Counted from the stretch's first letter, positions 1-17,013 are shown. The stretch: 64,000 nucleotides of DNA from Chrysomallon squamiferum (GCA_012295275.1 CM022677.1:22320001-22384000), one strand, 5' to 3'. The notes: a model not told the origin generated them from the letters alone. Program-made: numbers and translations.

Positions 1-26
1 AATTATGTAGTCATACAGTAGGGGAA

Positions 27-410
27 ATAACTCTGCAATATGATACTTCAGACATTCTACAAAACAAATTATCTCCCTTCATCTAATACATTTAAATACA
101 GTAAACAGGTGAGTAGGAGAGAAAAATACACTAAAAGTAAAATGATGTTGATTTCTTAAAACGAAACGAATTAAATCCCTGTATATCCAGTGTGTGTGTA
201 CACTGTTAACAAAACTGAGTTATTCCAAACTGTATATCAGAAAAATAAAGTAGGAAAAATTAACATAAACAGTAGTAGTAGTAGTTGTAGTAGTAGTAGC
301 AGTTATTGTTGTTGTAGTACAAGACGTTCAATTTCAACTACATTTGTATGATAGAAGTAGTTAAATAAGATGCAGTAGCAGATTCAGTAGTAAGGCAGAT
401 ATTTTACTTC
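27..410 (+). repeat. ~380-bp segment duplicated at 17068-17430
   Basis: ataactct(g/a)caatatgatacttca(g/a)acattctacaaaacaaattatctcccttcatc...gtaaggcagatattttactt is present at both sites. Confidence 0.9.
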
Positions 411-531
411 TAAAAATAAATCTTGTGTAAACTTAACAATGATCTGAAGCTTATCGAATGCTACACTGAGTAGAGAGAAAAGACTTGGTTTGATCATTTA
501 ATGTGTCTTAAAATACTTGAAATAGTATTTA

Positions 532-582
<51 letters not shown>

Positions 583-1097
583 CATAATCATAATAATAAT
601 AATCATTATATTCAACATCATCATCATAATCTTCATCATCAAGGAATACATAAATAAAAATAACATTCTATTTACTCAGGGACAATTTCACTGTTTACTC
701 GTGGGAAGGTTTTATCAAATCACAGATGTGTTATATTAATTCAGATGATGAAAAAAGTGGACTGCTCATACAAATATTGCTACTACTACTTTTACTACTA
801 CTACTACTACTAACTACAATAATAATGATAATATTTATTGTTTATTGCCATTCATTTCTACAAATCTCAGTTGCCACCCTCCTCTGTGATTATTGTGAAT
901 CAGTCCTTTTTCTCAAACTCACTCCAACGTGCACAATAAAGAAAAGATGAAACCTGATCTCTATCACTTACATGTGTATATCTGTATATAAATATATAGA
1001 CAGATAGATAAATAGATAGATTGAGATATGTATGTATGCCTGTATATCTATCTATATCTATCTATCTATCAATCTATATATATCTAATATATATAAA

Positions 1098-1153
<56 letters not shown>

Positions 1154-1804
1154 TATATATATGTATGTATGTATATATATATATTCAGACAGAGAGACAA
1201 TTATTTGGATAGTATGAGAGACAGAGAGACAAAGAGACGGACAGATAGACACACTGATAGAGATAAACAGACAGATACACACACATATATATATAGAGAG
1301 AGACAAGCAGATAGTCATAGAGACAGAAATAGACAGACGAATTTACTGACAGAGCAGGTAGGAAAATCTTATTTATAAAAAGATACGTTTGAAATCAGAA
1401 AATGTATTTCTTTTCTTTTAAACGAAACGTTCATAGACAGTATTCACAGATAAATCCAAATTTCTTGTAGAAAACCTTATCATTCCAAAGAAAATAAGAA
1501 AATGTGTGAGGTAGTTCGAAGCAGTCATCGTTATATTTTAAAACGATACAAATAAAACAACCATTTTACATGTATCACCATCTTGTATTTTAAGAAAAGG
1601 ATATTCATACAAAAAACAGATTTGAAATAGCCGAGAATACTTGTATATCATCTTTGAGTTTAAGACAACAGATATAAACCGACTTTATATTGTTTCCCAA
1701 ATCTGTTTAGATAATCATCTAATATTTTAAGAATATAAACAAACCGAATTTAAAACTACTTTTCAAGACGATAGATTTCAATCCATATTGGAAAATAATA
1801 ATAC

Positions 1805-1835
<31 letters not shown>

Positions 1836-2026
1836 CATAGTGATGTAAAATAATAATAATACATATTTAAAACCCTGGTCTAAATCATAATCCGCCAATT
1901 AAGATATATAAACATGAGAGGGAATGTCTGTGAGTGTTTGTGTGTGTGTGCGTGTCAGACAGACATTAATGCAGTATTATAATTAACATCATTGTTTTTT
2001 TTTCTTCTTCTTCTCTTCTTCACATG

Positions 2027-2030
<4 letters not shown>

Positions 2031-2118
<88 letters not shown>
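2031..2118. repeat. (AG)n microsatellite
   Basis: Direct reading. Confidence 0.95.
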
Positions 2119-2121
<3 letters not shown>

Positions 2122-2503
2122 TGTGTTCTGTCATTGCTTTAGTTTCTTCAGAGGATGTAATAACCGGCAGCGTGTCTCTTAACATGACTCTGAGTATTTC
2201 TTCTTACCTGTCAATAAAAGGACACATGTGTCCATCATCTCGACTACGCCCACTTAACTGTTTTGTTTAATCAGAGTGCAGATTGTAATCACAGAGAAGA
2301 CAGGGAATATTCATAGCTAAATACATATACCTGACACTGCGAAGTTTCCCACAAAAACAAAATGCTCTGAAAAACTGACGATACACAATGAAAGGAGTGC
2401 AGAGTTGGAACTGGTAATTAACCTGGGTTACTGAGTAAAGACTGCGTCAGTGGCGAAATTGTTATATTTGGAAAGGGATAGCAAAAAATGTCCGGTGAAG
2501 TAA

Positions 2504-2538
<35 letters not shown>

Positions 2539-3321
2539 TAAAAAAAAAATCTTCTCTGTGTGTGTATTTGTGTGTAACTAATACACGTTACTGAGACTGA
2601 AAGCTGTGTTGTTTGACAGACGGTCAAGCATTTTTTCAGTTCTAACAATTACTCTACATCTATCATTGTTGCCATATCTCTACTATATCTGCTACAGCCA
2701 CAGCCACTTATGTTACTACTACAACATCAAGAGCTACTACTGCTACTACGTGTTCTCTAGCAGGCCTACAACTAAACTGTCACTGTAACTGTGACTGTAG
2801 TAGTTTTGTAAGTGGAAAGTGGTGGAAGGTTTCGGTCTACAGTGATCAGCAGTCAGTGCTTCATCTGCCTCAAGATGTTCCAGAATGTTCACAGTTTTCT
2901 GTTCTAAAGCAACACGTGTTTTACACAAACATACAATAACTGGCTAATGGAACTTTGTCATTCACTTTTTAGGCAGTTCATAATCTCAGTCCAATTTAAC
3001 ACCGTTACATCTGCTATTGGTAGAGGTAAGAGCGTTTAAACGTTCTTGATTAACTTTTTCTTACAAACTTGACAGATTGATTGAGTATTTTCTGATTCAC
3101 ATGTTAATAAATAATGAAAGAAAATAAAGAATAAATATTTAAATAAACATGTGCAATTTTATTGCAACCTAATTCATAAAGAAATACATTTTAGAAAAAC
3201 TTAATGAAATATATAAAATGCATTATTTTTTTCTCATATGCACCACTATATATTTAAAAGCTGTGTGTGCGTGTTTGTGTGTGTTTATTTGAGTGTGTTT
3301 TAGAAACAAGTTTAACTTTGA

Positions 3322-3599
3322 TCAAATATTTATTAAGTGATGATATTTATTTTTCTGTTCACACACAAATCCAAATAGCTTATTGCACTTGTCGTCATTC
3401 CACCGATAATTCGCTCTTTTTGATATACAAACACAGTGCTCTCCCCCATAATAACTGTTTGGCTCGCCTGGTTTCCAGTTTGAGTATGAAAGAGGTTTTC
3501 TCGACATCCACTCAAAAGTACCACTCTGTATGCTGCTAGCTCCGATCCAGTAATCTGCTGTTAATACAAATCAATAAAATATCAGATAATCATATAGGA

Positions 3600-3664
<65 letters not shown>

Positions 3665-5017
3665 AACACACACACATACCCACACACATACACACGTATA
3701 TTCACACCAATACAAATGTTTGTTATACTTACCACGTCCCCCTCTTCTCACTATGTTTTCAATGTATTTGTTTTCAAGTGGTGAATTGATTGCAACCAGA
3801 TAAGAATTCATGAAATGACAATATTGCTGAAATATAAAAGTGAAAATATAAATATGTATACATATCTATGAGTGTGTGACTGTGTCTGTGTGTTTGTGTG
3901 TATGTCTCTGTGTGTGCACAAATTAAAAATGTATAATTTGTCTGTAAATATAGAGGGAAAATAAAGAATGTTTGGACTTCAGCTTTTCAACGAGACCATA
4001 CAGTAGATGATCTGCACCGTATTAGAATTCATTGACGTAATAATTATATTTCCAGTGAATTAATATAAAACTACTGAACTAACCTACGATTGAGTAATAA
4101 CAGGACAAACGAAATATCTACTAGAATAACTGTGCACTTTAGGAAGGATAAGTTTTAAACTGTTTAATAATTCGAAAATAAAACATTTATTTAAAGCATT
4201 ATCTAACCCAGAAGAAACGTTTTCGAAACAAGTAGAGATGTTATAATTTATCTAGAAAGGTGGTTTTGAAAAAAAAAGTTAAAAAAAAGTAAAAATAAAA
4301 ATAAAAATAATACTCTTAAGTGTAGTTTAGAATCCATGTTATGAAAACGGAGATACTAAATGATAAATAATTATATTTTATAACAGTCTTAGAAAGTACT
4401 TGGATTAGATGAAACTTTAATCCCAAGTCGTTTAATCTTTTGTTTAATTTTGTTTGAATGTGGCGGAAGATATGTCTACAAGATAACGTGCATCCAAAAC
4501 ATCAGTTCAAAAGCACAAGTAAATTACGGTGTGCAGTTGACCTACTGAAACGGGACAAGCATTGTTCTATGTTTCCATCACGTAAACTATACTATTTTAT
4601 CCTGGTTTCGAAACAGAATTTTTCATAAAACCTTTACGACAAAAATCTCTTTTTTTTTTCTTCACCTGATCCATTACATAGACTCTAGTAATTGAAGATA
4701 TTCTAAGATATATATATATATTTTTTTTTTTTTCAGAAACTTTGCACTATTTTTTTTAAATGTGAAAATGTTCATACATTTTTTTTATTAATTTATATCG
4801 CATTGTTTTGATCCTGTTGTCCTTTAAATAATAAGCTAGAAGGTGACGATGCTGATGCTGATAAACATGATTAAAATAAGAAAGAAGAAAAAGATACTCA
4901 CGCTAGCTTCAATCCAGGAGGCTGTCAACGACCGCGGTGAAACCCAGTAGCAGTGAGATCTGAATCTCGTAAATCCTGCCTGACAGTACCAACCCTCTGT
5001 TAAATGTGAAAGAACAG

Positions 5018-5048
<31 letters not shown>

Positions 5049-5138
5049 CAACAATAAAAAACGGTACTGCTTGGCATCCACGTATCAATTTATAACGAAT
5101 AGAAGTTTCGAGAATTTTATCTTGATCATATGGACAAT

Positions 5139-5184
<46 letters not shown>

Positions 5185-5663
5185 TAATATTAATATCAAA
5201 GTAACAAAGTGTTAAGTAAATGGATGTGACGTCACTCAAGATTAACGCAAAGCACTCAGCGATCGCAAGTTTGCCATTAATAAAACAAATAATTGTACCT
5301 GAAACATAACCGAATTTTTTTCCTGACAGTTTTTGAAATTATTATTATTATTATTGTTATTATTTGTAGTATTTGTATTAGTAGTAGTAGTAGTAGTAGT
5401 AGTAGTAGCAGCAGCAGAATAAATATGCACAGTTCTAATATCTGCACCTCACTTAAGTGCATCAAAGAGGAAACAAAATATTGACAAATCGACAGACATA
5501 GAAAATGAATTTATATACTATTATAAAAAACCACACTTTTCCACACACACACACTGAAACACTCATACACACTCAGACACACACTCACACACACACACAG
5601 TCACACGCATACACTCACACAGACACACACAGTCACACACACACATACACTCACACATACACT

Positions 5664-5694
<31 letters not shown>

Positions 5695-6058
5695 ACACAC
5701 ACACACATACACACTCACACACACATATTTACATATGCAAAGTTTGTCTCAGTCGTCGAATGGTATCGTTGTCCACTGCGGAGTGCGGACGAATGAGACT
5801 CACAGTTCTAGTCTCGTCAGCGACATCTCACGTTTGAGAGTTTGTTATTGGACTTCGTCCTCCGGTGTTACTGCGTTCCTTTATATTGTCTGTGTGCAGA
5901 GTCTAATCATACGTACATGAGACAGAGAATAGTCACTCACAAATATACAACACAGCAAAACCCACACTCACATACAGACAAACATACGTAAAGAGAAACT
6001 TACCAATAGGTGAACTGAGCATCAGAAGGCTAAAGACAACAAAGATTATATTATCCAT
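3322..6058 (-). CDS. Secreted C-type lectin (perlucin-like, EPN/WND type), 4 coding exons: 6058-6004, 4996-4902, 3826-3733, 3557-3322; 159 aa
   Basis: All introns are GT..AG and phases match (1,0,1). Spliced product: MDNIIFVVFSLLMLSSPI-EGWYCQAGFTRFRSHCYWVSPRSLTASWIEAS-QYCHFMNSYLVAINSPLENKYIENIVRRGGR-ADYWIGASSIQSGTFEWMSRKPLSYSNWKPGEPNSYYGGEHCVCISKRANYRWNDDKCNKLFGFVCEQK... It has a hydrophobic leader, WIG motif, EPN, WND and the conserved CTLD cysteines. Confidence 0.93.
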
Positions 6059-6129
6059 GTTGAGATGGAACACCAGTTTTCGAGATGAAGATTGATGCAG
6101 TGAAGACGAAATGGAACAGCAGTTTTTCA

Positions 6130-6348
6130 GATGAAGTTTTATACAGTGAAAGTGAAATGTAATACCAGCTTTCATGATGAAGTTTTATACAGTGAAAGTG
6201 AAATGTAATACCAGCTTTCATGATGAGGTTTGATGCAGTGAAAGTGAAATGTAACACCAGCTTTCATGATGAAGTTTTATACAGTGAAAATGAAATGTAA
6301 CACCAGCTTTCATGATGAGGTTTGATGAAGTGAAAGTGAAATGTAACA
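6130..6348. repeat. 46-bp minisatellite (~5 units) immediately upstream of the lectin gene; alternating units contain TATAAAA on the minus strand
   Basis: Unit gatgaagttttatacagtgaaagtgaaatgtaataccagctttcat, with variant gatgaggtttgatgcagtg...; read directly. Confidence 0.85.
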
Positions 6349-6508
6349 GATGGTTGGCGGATGTTCCTCTGAGATAATGTGACAAACTCTCTGCTATTGT
6401 TTTCACTGTATTGTTACTGGTGTAAACTACCGTGTTCTATGTTGATAAGTATAACTGATCATTCTACTTGTCTACTCTGGAAAGCTACTATTTCAATTAT
6501 TATTATTA

Positions 6509-6543
<35 letters not shown>

Positions 6544-8619
6544 GGTTTTGCTGTTGCTGTTATTCTTTGATTAAACACAAACAGCATTACTAATGACAAT
6601 GTATAGATCTTATTTCGTTTTGCGTGACACCGTTGGTAGCAAATTGCAGTGTTAGTGTAATCCTAGTTTCACTAACACTTTGAATGCATCAGACCGGATT
6701 CATACAGCAAGTGTTACAAGTTATCTGATATTTCATCCTTTGTTTCCTCTCGCTTAATTACAGTCACACCTACAATATCGATGGGAAACATTCGTTCCTC
6801 GTTAATCACTTTGTGATTACACACAGTGAAAGTGTTTTATAAAATAAATTCAGGTGAAAACCAATACGAGGAAGCAAAGTGAAAAAAAAAGTTTTGTAAA
6901 ATTTATCATACTTGTAAATTACACACATACAAACAGACAAAGAAACAACAAAAATATATTTAAAAAAAAATACATAAAGAAAGAACAATAAGAACAACAA
7001 AAAATAAATAAATGAATAAAGCAAAAAAATAATAATAATAATAAAAAAATAAAATAAAATAAAATCATTAAGAGATATATTATTGGTAGTAGTAATAACT
7101 GAATTAGTAATAGTAGTAGTACCAGTAATAGTATTAGTACTGGTACAGTGTTTGTGATAGCGCAACATAAAATAGAAAAATATATGACCAGACGAGGTCT
7201 CTTCAGTTCCGGGTCAGCTGTTGTTGCATGTGATTGTGAGTGCGTGAATGTGTGAACGTGCATGTGTGGGTTTGCTTGTACGTTTGTGCGTGTGTATGTT
7301 TGTGTATATGACTCTGTGTGAGTATGTGTGATTTGGTGTGTACGTCTAACTTATGTATGTGTGTGTATTTATGGGTGTATGCGTGTATCAGTGTGTATCG
7401 AATGTAGCACTGTTTACAGAGAAAAGACTTGTAATGATTTTCATTAAAATAGTTTATAATAACAGTAATATAAGTGTGTGTATGTGCGTATCTGTGTGTG
7501 TTATTGGGTTTAATACGTTATAATGTTACATATTTTATTAGTATTTTAGTTTGTTCCTATCAATGGCAAGATAATCTTTCACGAAAACACACAGTCTTTA
7601 CTTTTCTTCTTCGCCTTATTTTATTTTATTGTTGTTGTTTTTTTTGTTTATTTCATTTTATTTATTTTTTTATTGTATTTTTATTTTATTTTAATCTACT
7701 GCACACTGGTACAGAGGAAATGAGAATCATGTTTTTGAAATATCAGTTATTATTTGTTGTTGTTTGTACGTATTAATGACAAAGAACATCCTTCATATTT
7801 GTGTACAGAAAACTGTATATCATGTTTCAGACAATACTACTACCACTACTATTACTACGAAAATATGTCGTATATTATTTAACAGTTAATATATATATTA
7901 GAAGAGAGCAGTGGTTAATATGAAATAACAATAATAAAGTTTTTAAAATATCAATGATCATTAAGCAGATGTCTTTTCTTGTTACTTTGTTGTTTTTATT
8001 ATCCTAGTTCAAACACAATTTCAGTGCAGCAGAACCGAAGAGTGTAGTTATTTTCATAAATAAAACTGTTCAAGTGTAAAATGTTTTTAATTTTTAATTG
8101 TTTTTTTACACACAAACCTTGATATCAGTTTTATTTACAGTAGCATTAAATTATTTATTAACCTTTATTGTAACAAAGATACCTAATTGTTGTATTATTT
8201 TACCAATGTCAGCGAGTCTGTATGTATGTATGTATGAATGAATGTGTGTATCTATGTATATGTGTGTACTTATGTGTATATGCATATGATTTACATTATT
8301 CACTTTTCTAAGAGTGAGGTCACAGTATTTAATTTTAACACTGCCAACATCACAGGTCTGTGTGATAAAATAGAAATACATTCTTTTATTTTTTAATACT
8401 GTATAATATAATACAAATAGTTTAGTGGGTTTCTTTCTTCTTTTGGATTACATTGAAGTATATACAAGTATATAAAGAATGTCGTATCACATTCTTTGAA
8501 ATAGACTGTTTAAAAAATAACAGAATATTGAGAGAGAGAGATATTACGTAATATAAAGATAACGAAAATATGACGTATATTATTTAACTTTGAATATATA
8601 TATATGTGTTAGTGTGAAT

Positions 8620-8720
<101 letters not shown>

Positions 8721-8918
8721 CAAGGTGAACATTTCAAACATACATCTGATTTTGTTTCTCTGTAAACGAAACAGTAATTTAGATTTAAAAAGGTAAGTAA
8801 GTTAAAGAATATTAAAATTAATTAATTTAATTAATTTATAATAAAAAAAATAAATACATGTATCAGGTTTTACTGCAAAACAGTTAAAGTGAAACTCACT
8901 TAGCAGACAGTTTGAAGT

Positions 8919-10926
<2,008 letters not shown>

Positions 10927-10964
10927 ATCGGTGAAAATAATACTAATACTAATACTAATACTAA

Positions 10965-11005
<41 letters not shown>

Positions 11006-14000
11006 ATAATAATAACAACAACAACAGCAGAAGCAGCAGCAACAACAATAACAGCGACAATAGCAATAATAGTAAATTTTCTTTCCTTTCTCTTAAGAAA
11101 GAAAATATGTATCGTCTGCAATCTAGATTTGAGACTGAAGTTGTTCGTGCGGAGAAGCCAGTTTTGACAGACGACACTTAGTGACAGGACGATTCCAACT
11201 GAAAAATGAACAAGGGGTGCAAACCTTCACTGTTTTTTTTTTTTTTTACCAAATTTGTCCTTTTTTAGTCGAAAAAAAAATCTGAAAATATTCATGTTCT
11301 TTAGTAAAGTAAAGAGCAATAATAACTGTAACTGACTGAGTATAATCTGATCAGTTTAATTAAAGTTAAAAATGTTTGTCATAGTCTGTCACACATGTAA
11401 TAATAGACACAGCAACTCGTTGGCAGAAGATCAGAAAAACATGATACATTTTACTGAGATACACAAATTTTCTTCTTCGACTTTTATCATTTAATTTTTT
11501 TACTTATTTACTTATTTTATTTTATTTACTTATTTATTTATTTTTTGTAGCTTTTACATCTCTATGAATGGATAAACTAATTTGAAATTTGCTTTTGGCC
11601 AAATATTAGAAATGATTGCATGTCAGTGTTTGAAAATCAGTGTTATCATTTCAAAGACGTTTACGTTCCTATTTGTTTACTGAGGCGAAACATATTTCAC
11701 TGGTTGGTCACGTTTAGAGTTCAACCAGTCTTATGAAAATTAAGTCAGGTAAAAATCAATACGAAACAGCAAAGTAAGGGGAAAAAAAACTAAAATTGTA
11801 AAATGTATCATACGTGTTAATTACAAAAAAACTGAAATAAAATACAATAAGAAAAACAATTTAACAGATTTATTATTATTATTAGTAGTAGTAGTAATAA
11901 TTGAACTAGTAGTAGTAGTATAAATAATAGTAGTAGTAGTATAACACACAGATATACATATATATATATATAATAATAATACATTTTTTGTTTGCTCTTA
12001 GCTAACTATTAGAAACGATTTGAGCTCAGTTTCTGAACTGCAGTGTCACAATTTGAGAGAGGTTTCCATTTTGTTTGTTAACCGATGCGAAACTTATTTT
12101 ACTGATTAGTCACGTTTAGAGTAGAACCAGTCTAACCCTTTTATAGGGAGGAAGAAAAAAAATGTTTGTAAAATTTATCATTAGTGTTAATTACAAACAA
12201 AGGAAAAAAAAAAAAAAAAAAAAAAATAAAATGAGGAAAACAAAAGACATATTATTATTATTATTATTATTATTATTACTACTACTACTACTACTACTAA
12301 TAGCACTAGTGGTATTAATAACTAAACAAGTAATGGTAGTAATAGTAGTTGTATTGGTACATTATTAGTGATTGCGCAAGATAAAATAGAAGTAAATGTC
12401 TACAGACGATGTCTGCTCAGTTCCGTGTCAGCTGTGTACGTATGTGATTGTTGTGTTTGTGGGAGTGTGTATGTGGAGCCAAAATTGTGTATTTCAGTGT
12501 AGGCTCCAGGTTTTTGCCCCCTTTTCAGGTTTATGTAGTAATAAAAATTGTCAGACAATGTTAATTGTATGCATTTTTTCAGGCATTGTCAGCTGTGTGA
12601 ATGTGATTGTGAGTGTTTGTGGGAGTCTGTGTATGTGTGTTTTTGCTTGTATGTATTTGCGTGTGTCTTTGTATGTCTTTTGTGCATGTTTATATGTCTC
12701 CGCATGTGTCTCCGATAAACTGTGTGTTTTTTATCTCTATATCTATAATGTAAGTATGCCTGTATATATATATGTGTATGTATTTGTGTGTATGTGACTT
12801 TTTGTGTGTTTTGTTTATACTTTTTGAGTATGTGTATGTGTATGTATATGGGTGTATGTGTATGTGTATGTGTTTGTGTATTTGTATATACATTTCTGTA
12901 GGTGTGTGTTTGTTGTGCGTCTGTGTGTATGAAACAGGAAGATAATATATTTCCCATACAAAAATAAATCTTTGCTTAAATGCCAATGTGGCGGAATATG
13001 TTGTTTTTTGTAAGCTATTTAAAAAAATAAATCAATCAATAAATAAAAACAATGAAAAACCGGAGAGAGAGATATGTTAAAATTAATACAAATTAGGTAG
13101 CAAATTACTGGGGGTTTTTAATTATATTTTTATTCATATAATTTTAATTTTATTTAATAAATATATAACGCAGTAATAAACAGAAAATTGCGGGTGTCTT
13201 TGTAAGATTTATAAATAACCATGACGAATGGAGACGAAGATTTGTAATCGTGTCGTAAACTAAACTTGTCATATTTGTCACAGCCTGTCACACGAACTGG
13301 TACACTTGAAAAGCAGAATACAAAGGGAACGTGTGTTTTTAGTCACGTACACATATTAATAATAATAATGCTTTTTTCTACCTCTACGTATTATATAGCT
13401 TTATGTTGTCCGAAATTATATTAGCTGTTATATTCATTACATTATAAAAAATAAAAAATAAAATATCTCTCAGTGTTTGTGTACACTCGTGAATCTATCA
13501 GTTTGTCTTTATTGCTGTTGTCGTTGTTGTTGGTGTTATTATTATTGTTATGTCTACAAACATCACAGGTCAATAGATAAATTGGTAAGAAGTGTTACAA
13601 ATCTGAAATAAAACGAATATTAAATAAATAACATTAAATAATAATAATAATAAGGTAATTTCTACAAATCTCAGTAGCGTGCCTGTCACTGAGATTATTG
13701 TCAATCAGTCACTTTTGTCAAACTAACTTGAACATGCACAATAGAGAAACAAATGAACAAAGATCTCTAACACACGGATTTAAAACTTATCTTTATAGAC
13801 CTCAAGTGAGGTATCCAGTTTACATTATATCTATTAATCGAGGCGAAACATATTTTAGTTTTAGTCAGTCACGTTTCGTACACCCAGCCAAACCGTTTTA
13901 TAAAATAAACTCAGGTAAATACGCGACAGCAAATATATTCAGTTGACTGTCAAACCTCTCCATTTTGGGAATCTGAAGTTATCACATAAGTCAGAATAAT

Positions 14001-14439
14001 AATGAAAACAGATCAATATTACTATTAAAAAATGACAAATTTTCTCAGTGTTAAAAAAACAAACAACAACAACAACATTTTATTAAAGTTGTTCACTGTT
14101 ATAAGTAATGGTTTAACAAAATTACGTCGCTTAGTGGATTTCAGTCAGAGTAGGCTCCAGGCCCATACAAGGGTTAGGGGTGCATCCGCCCCCTCTGACA
14201 CTCTTTTCAGGTTCGCCCTTCGATGTGTTTGGATAGAGTAATAAAGATTGTCAGACAATGTTAATTGTATGCATTTTTCTCAGTTGTGGAGAGCTCCATG
14301 TAATTAGCAGCAATAAATAAATAATAGTAATAATAAAAAATGAAAAAATGAAATCAGAGTGCGTATCCTTCAAGCAATGCGCATGACGCTGATATCAAAT
14401 ACTTCTCTCTTCTGTAAAACGACAACAGACAGCTGATTG

Positions 14440-15055
14440 TGGAAGACCACGTCACTGACACAGATAAAATACGTCGTGGACAAAAATAAATCTTATATAA
14501 ACTTAACAATGAACTGGATGGTATCGAATGTAACACTGGGTACAGAGAAAATACTTGGTTTAATCACGTTCGTTTTATGGTTCTTAAAATATCTGAAATA
14601 GTAGTCAAATGATTATGATGATCGTAATAGTAATAATAATAATAATAACAATAATAGTAATAATAGTAGTAATAATAATAATAATAGTAATAATAATAAC
14701 TGTATTAATAGTAATAAAATTAATAATAATGATGATAATGATAATAATAATGACGACTGTCATCATCATCGTCATCAAAAAAATATATATATAAATAAAA
14801 ATAAGATTATATTTACTGAGGTAAAGTCTCACTATTTACTGGTGTGAAGTCTACAATGAATCACAGATGTGATGTTCTAATTCACATACTAATCAAACGT
14901 GGATTGCTCGAACATGCAGAAGATCAGATTTTATAAAAAGTATCAATACTACTATTACTACTGCGACTACTACTACTACTATTACTACTACTACTACTAC
15001 TACTGATAATGATAATAATAGAAATAGAAAATTTTAAAATTTATGTTTTCAAATC

Positions 15056-15095
<40 letters not shown>

Positions 15096-15760
15096 ACGAG
15101 GATTTAGCAATGACATACTTTTTGTATCATTTCTACAAATGAAACAGGGAAAAAACATCTTACAAATTAAAGAACATAGGATGTTTAATAAATAAATAAA
15201 TAAATACATAAATTTTACCGTATTATATTTTTACAATTTTGTTAGATTGTTATTTTAAATTAGTTGTTTTTCCTGTAGTTTTGATAAGTATAACATTATA
15301 TGACGTCATTCAGTGAGATCATAAACATTTAGAAGATTTGTAAAATGAGGTAAGTGAGATTGCTTTTGTATTCATCTCTGTTTATTAATACTGGAAAATA
15401 TTAATGTTAGTTAATTTATCAAACATTTCTGATGTTCTAAAATTTTGGCTTTATACTTTTAAATCTCAACAGTTTAAAATTGTGAGACTTTCGGCGTTCA
15501 TGAATGTCAGAAAACCGCCATTTGGATTTCGTATGCATGAAAAACGACCTGTTTACAGTAATTAAATATATTAGATTAAGGGAGATAATTTCTTTTGTAG
15601 AAATTTTGGGTAGATCCATTTGTTTTTGTAATTATTTGTATTCTGAAAATAATTTTAACTGTTCAAAATCAGATTATGATTTCAAAAAGACGTCAGAAAT
15701 AGAATCAGACGTTAGTAGACGATGTGTGTTCAGTTTCGCAGTAACAACTGTTCTCATGGG
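14440..15760 (+). mobile_element. Interspersed non-coding repeat (probable non-autonomous element) with internal (AAT)n tracts; related copies at 410-770, 51880-53090 and 59830-59970
   Basis: Shared blocks: cactgacacagat(a/g)aaatac..ggacaaaaataaat..aacactgggtacagagaaaata, ttttacaattttgttagattgttattttaaat...tcataaacat and gacgtcagaaatagaatcag. No transposase or clear termini identified. Confidence 0.55.
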
Positions 15761-15849
15761 CGCGGTGAGGGGGGGGCCGTGCGCACCTAAAACACAATGC
15801 CTGCCTCAAAGTAGTTTGTTCAGTTAATTCAACTTGTACATTAGCCTAT

Positions 15850-16592
15850 GTTTGATAGTGTGTTTGTGTTGTGTATGTTGTGTATGTTGTATGAGTGTGT
15901 CTGTGTTGTGTGTGTTGTGTGTGTTGTGTGTGCGTGTGTTGTGTGTGTGCCTGTGTGTGTTGTGTGTACGTGCTTGTGTGTGTCGTGTGTGTGCGTGTGT
16001 TGTGTGTGTGTTGTGAGTGTGCCTGTGTATGTTGTGTACGTGCTTGTGTGTGTGTTGTGTGTGTCGTGTGTGTGCGTGTGTTGTGTGCGTGTTGTGTGTG
16101 TTGTATGTGTGTGCGAGTGTGTGTGTGTGTTGTGTGTGTGTTGTGTGTGTGTGCTAGTGTGTGTGTTTGTTGGTTGTGTGATGTGTGTGTTGTGGGTGTT
16201 GTGGGTGTTGTGTGTGTGTTGTGTGTGTGTTGTGTGCTGTGTCTGTTGTGTGATGTGTGTGTGTTATGTGTGTTGTGTGTGTGTGTGTGTGTGTGCCCTG
16301 TGTGTGTGTTCCTGTGTGTGCGTGCGTGTGTTGTGTGTGTTGTGTGTGCGTTTGCGTGTGCGTGCGTGTGTTGTGTGAGTGTGTTGTGAGTGTGCCTGTG
16401 TGTGTTGTGTGTACGTGCTTGTGTGTGTGTTGTGTGTTTCGTGTGTGTGCGTGTGTTGTGTGCGTGTTGTGTGTGTGCGAGTGTGTGTGTGTGTTGTGTG
16501 TGTGTGCGAGTGTGTGTGTTTGTTGGTTGTGTGATGTGTGTTCTGTGTGTTGTGGGTGTTGTGTGTGTGTTGTGTGCTGTGTCTGTTGTGTG

Positions 16593-16669
<77 letters not shown>

Positions 16670-16980
16670 CTGTGTGTGCGTGCGTGTGTGTAGTGTGTGT
16701 TGTGTGTGCGTTTGCGTGTGCGTGCGTGTGTTGTGTGAGTGTGTTGTATGTGTGTGTCGTGCGTGTGTTGTGTGTGTGTTGTGTGTTTGTATGTGTGTGC
16801 GTGTGTTGTGTGTGCGAGTGTGTGCGTGTGTTGTGTGTGCGAGTGTGTGTGTGTGTGTGTTGTGTGTGCGTGTGTTGTGTGTGTGTTGTATGTGTGTGTC
16901 GTGCGTGTGTTGTGTGTGTGTTGTGTGTGTGTATGTGTGTGCGTGTGTTGTGAGTGCGTGCGTGTGCGTGTGTCGTGTGT

Positions 16981-17013
<33 letters not shown>

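Noticed and set aside
10927-11121. N-terminal hydrophobic/poly-Ser extension of the RING ORF
   Set aside because: Derived from trinucleotide and hexanucleotide microsatellites upstream of the true ATG at 10926; the ORF-track start is a non-ATG codon.
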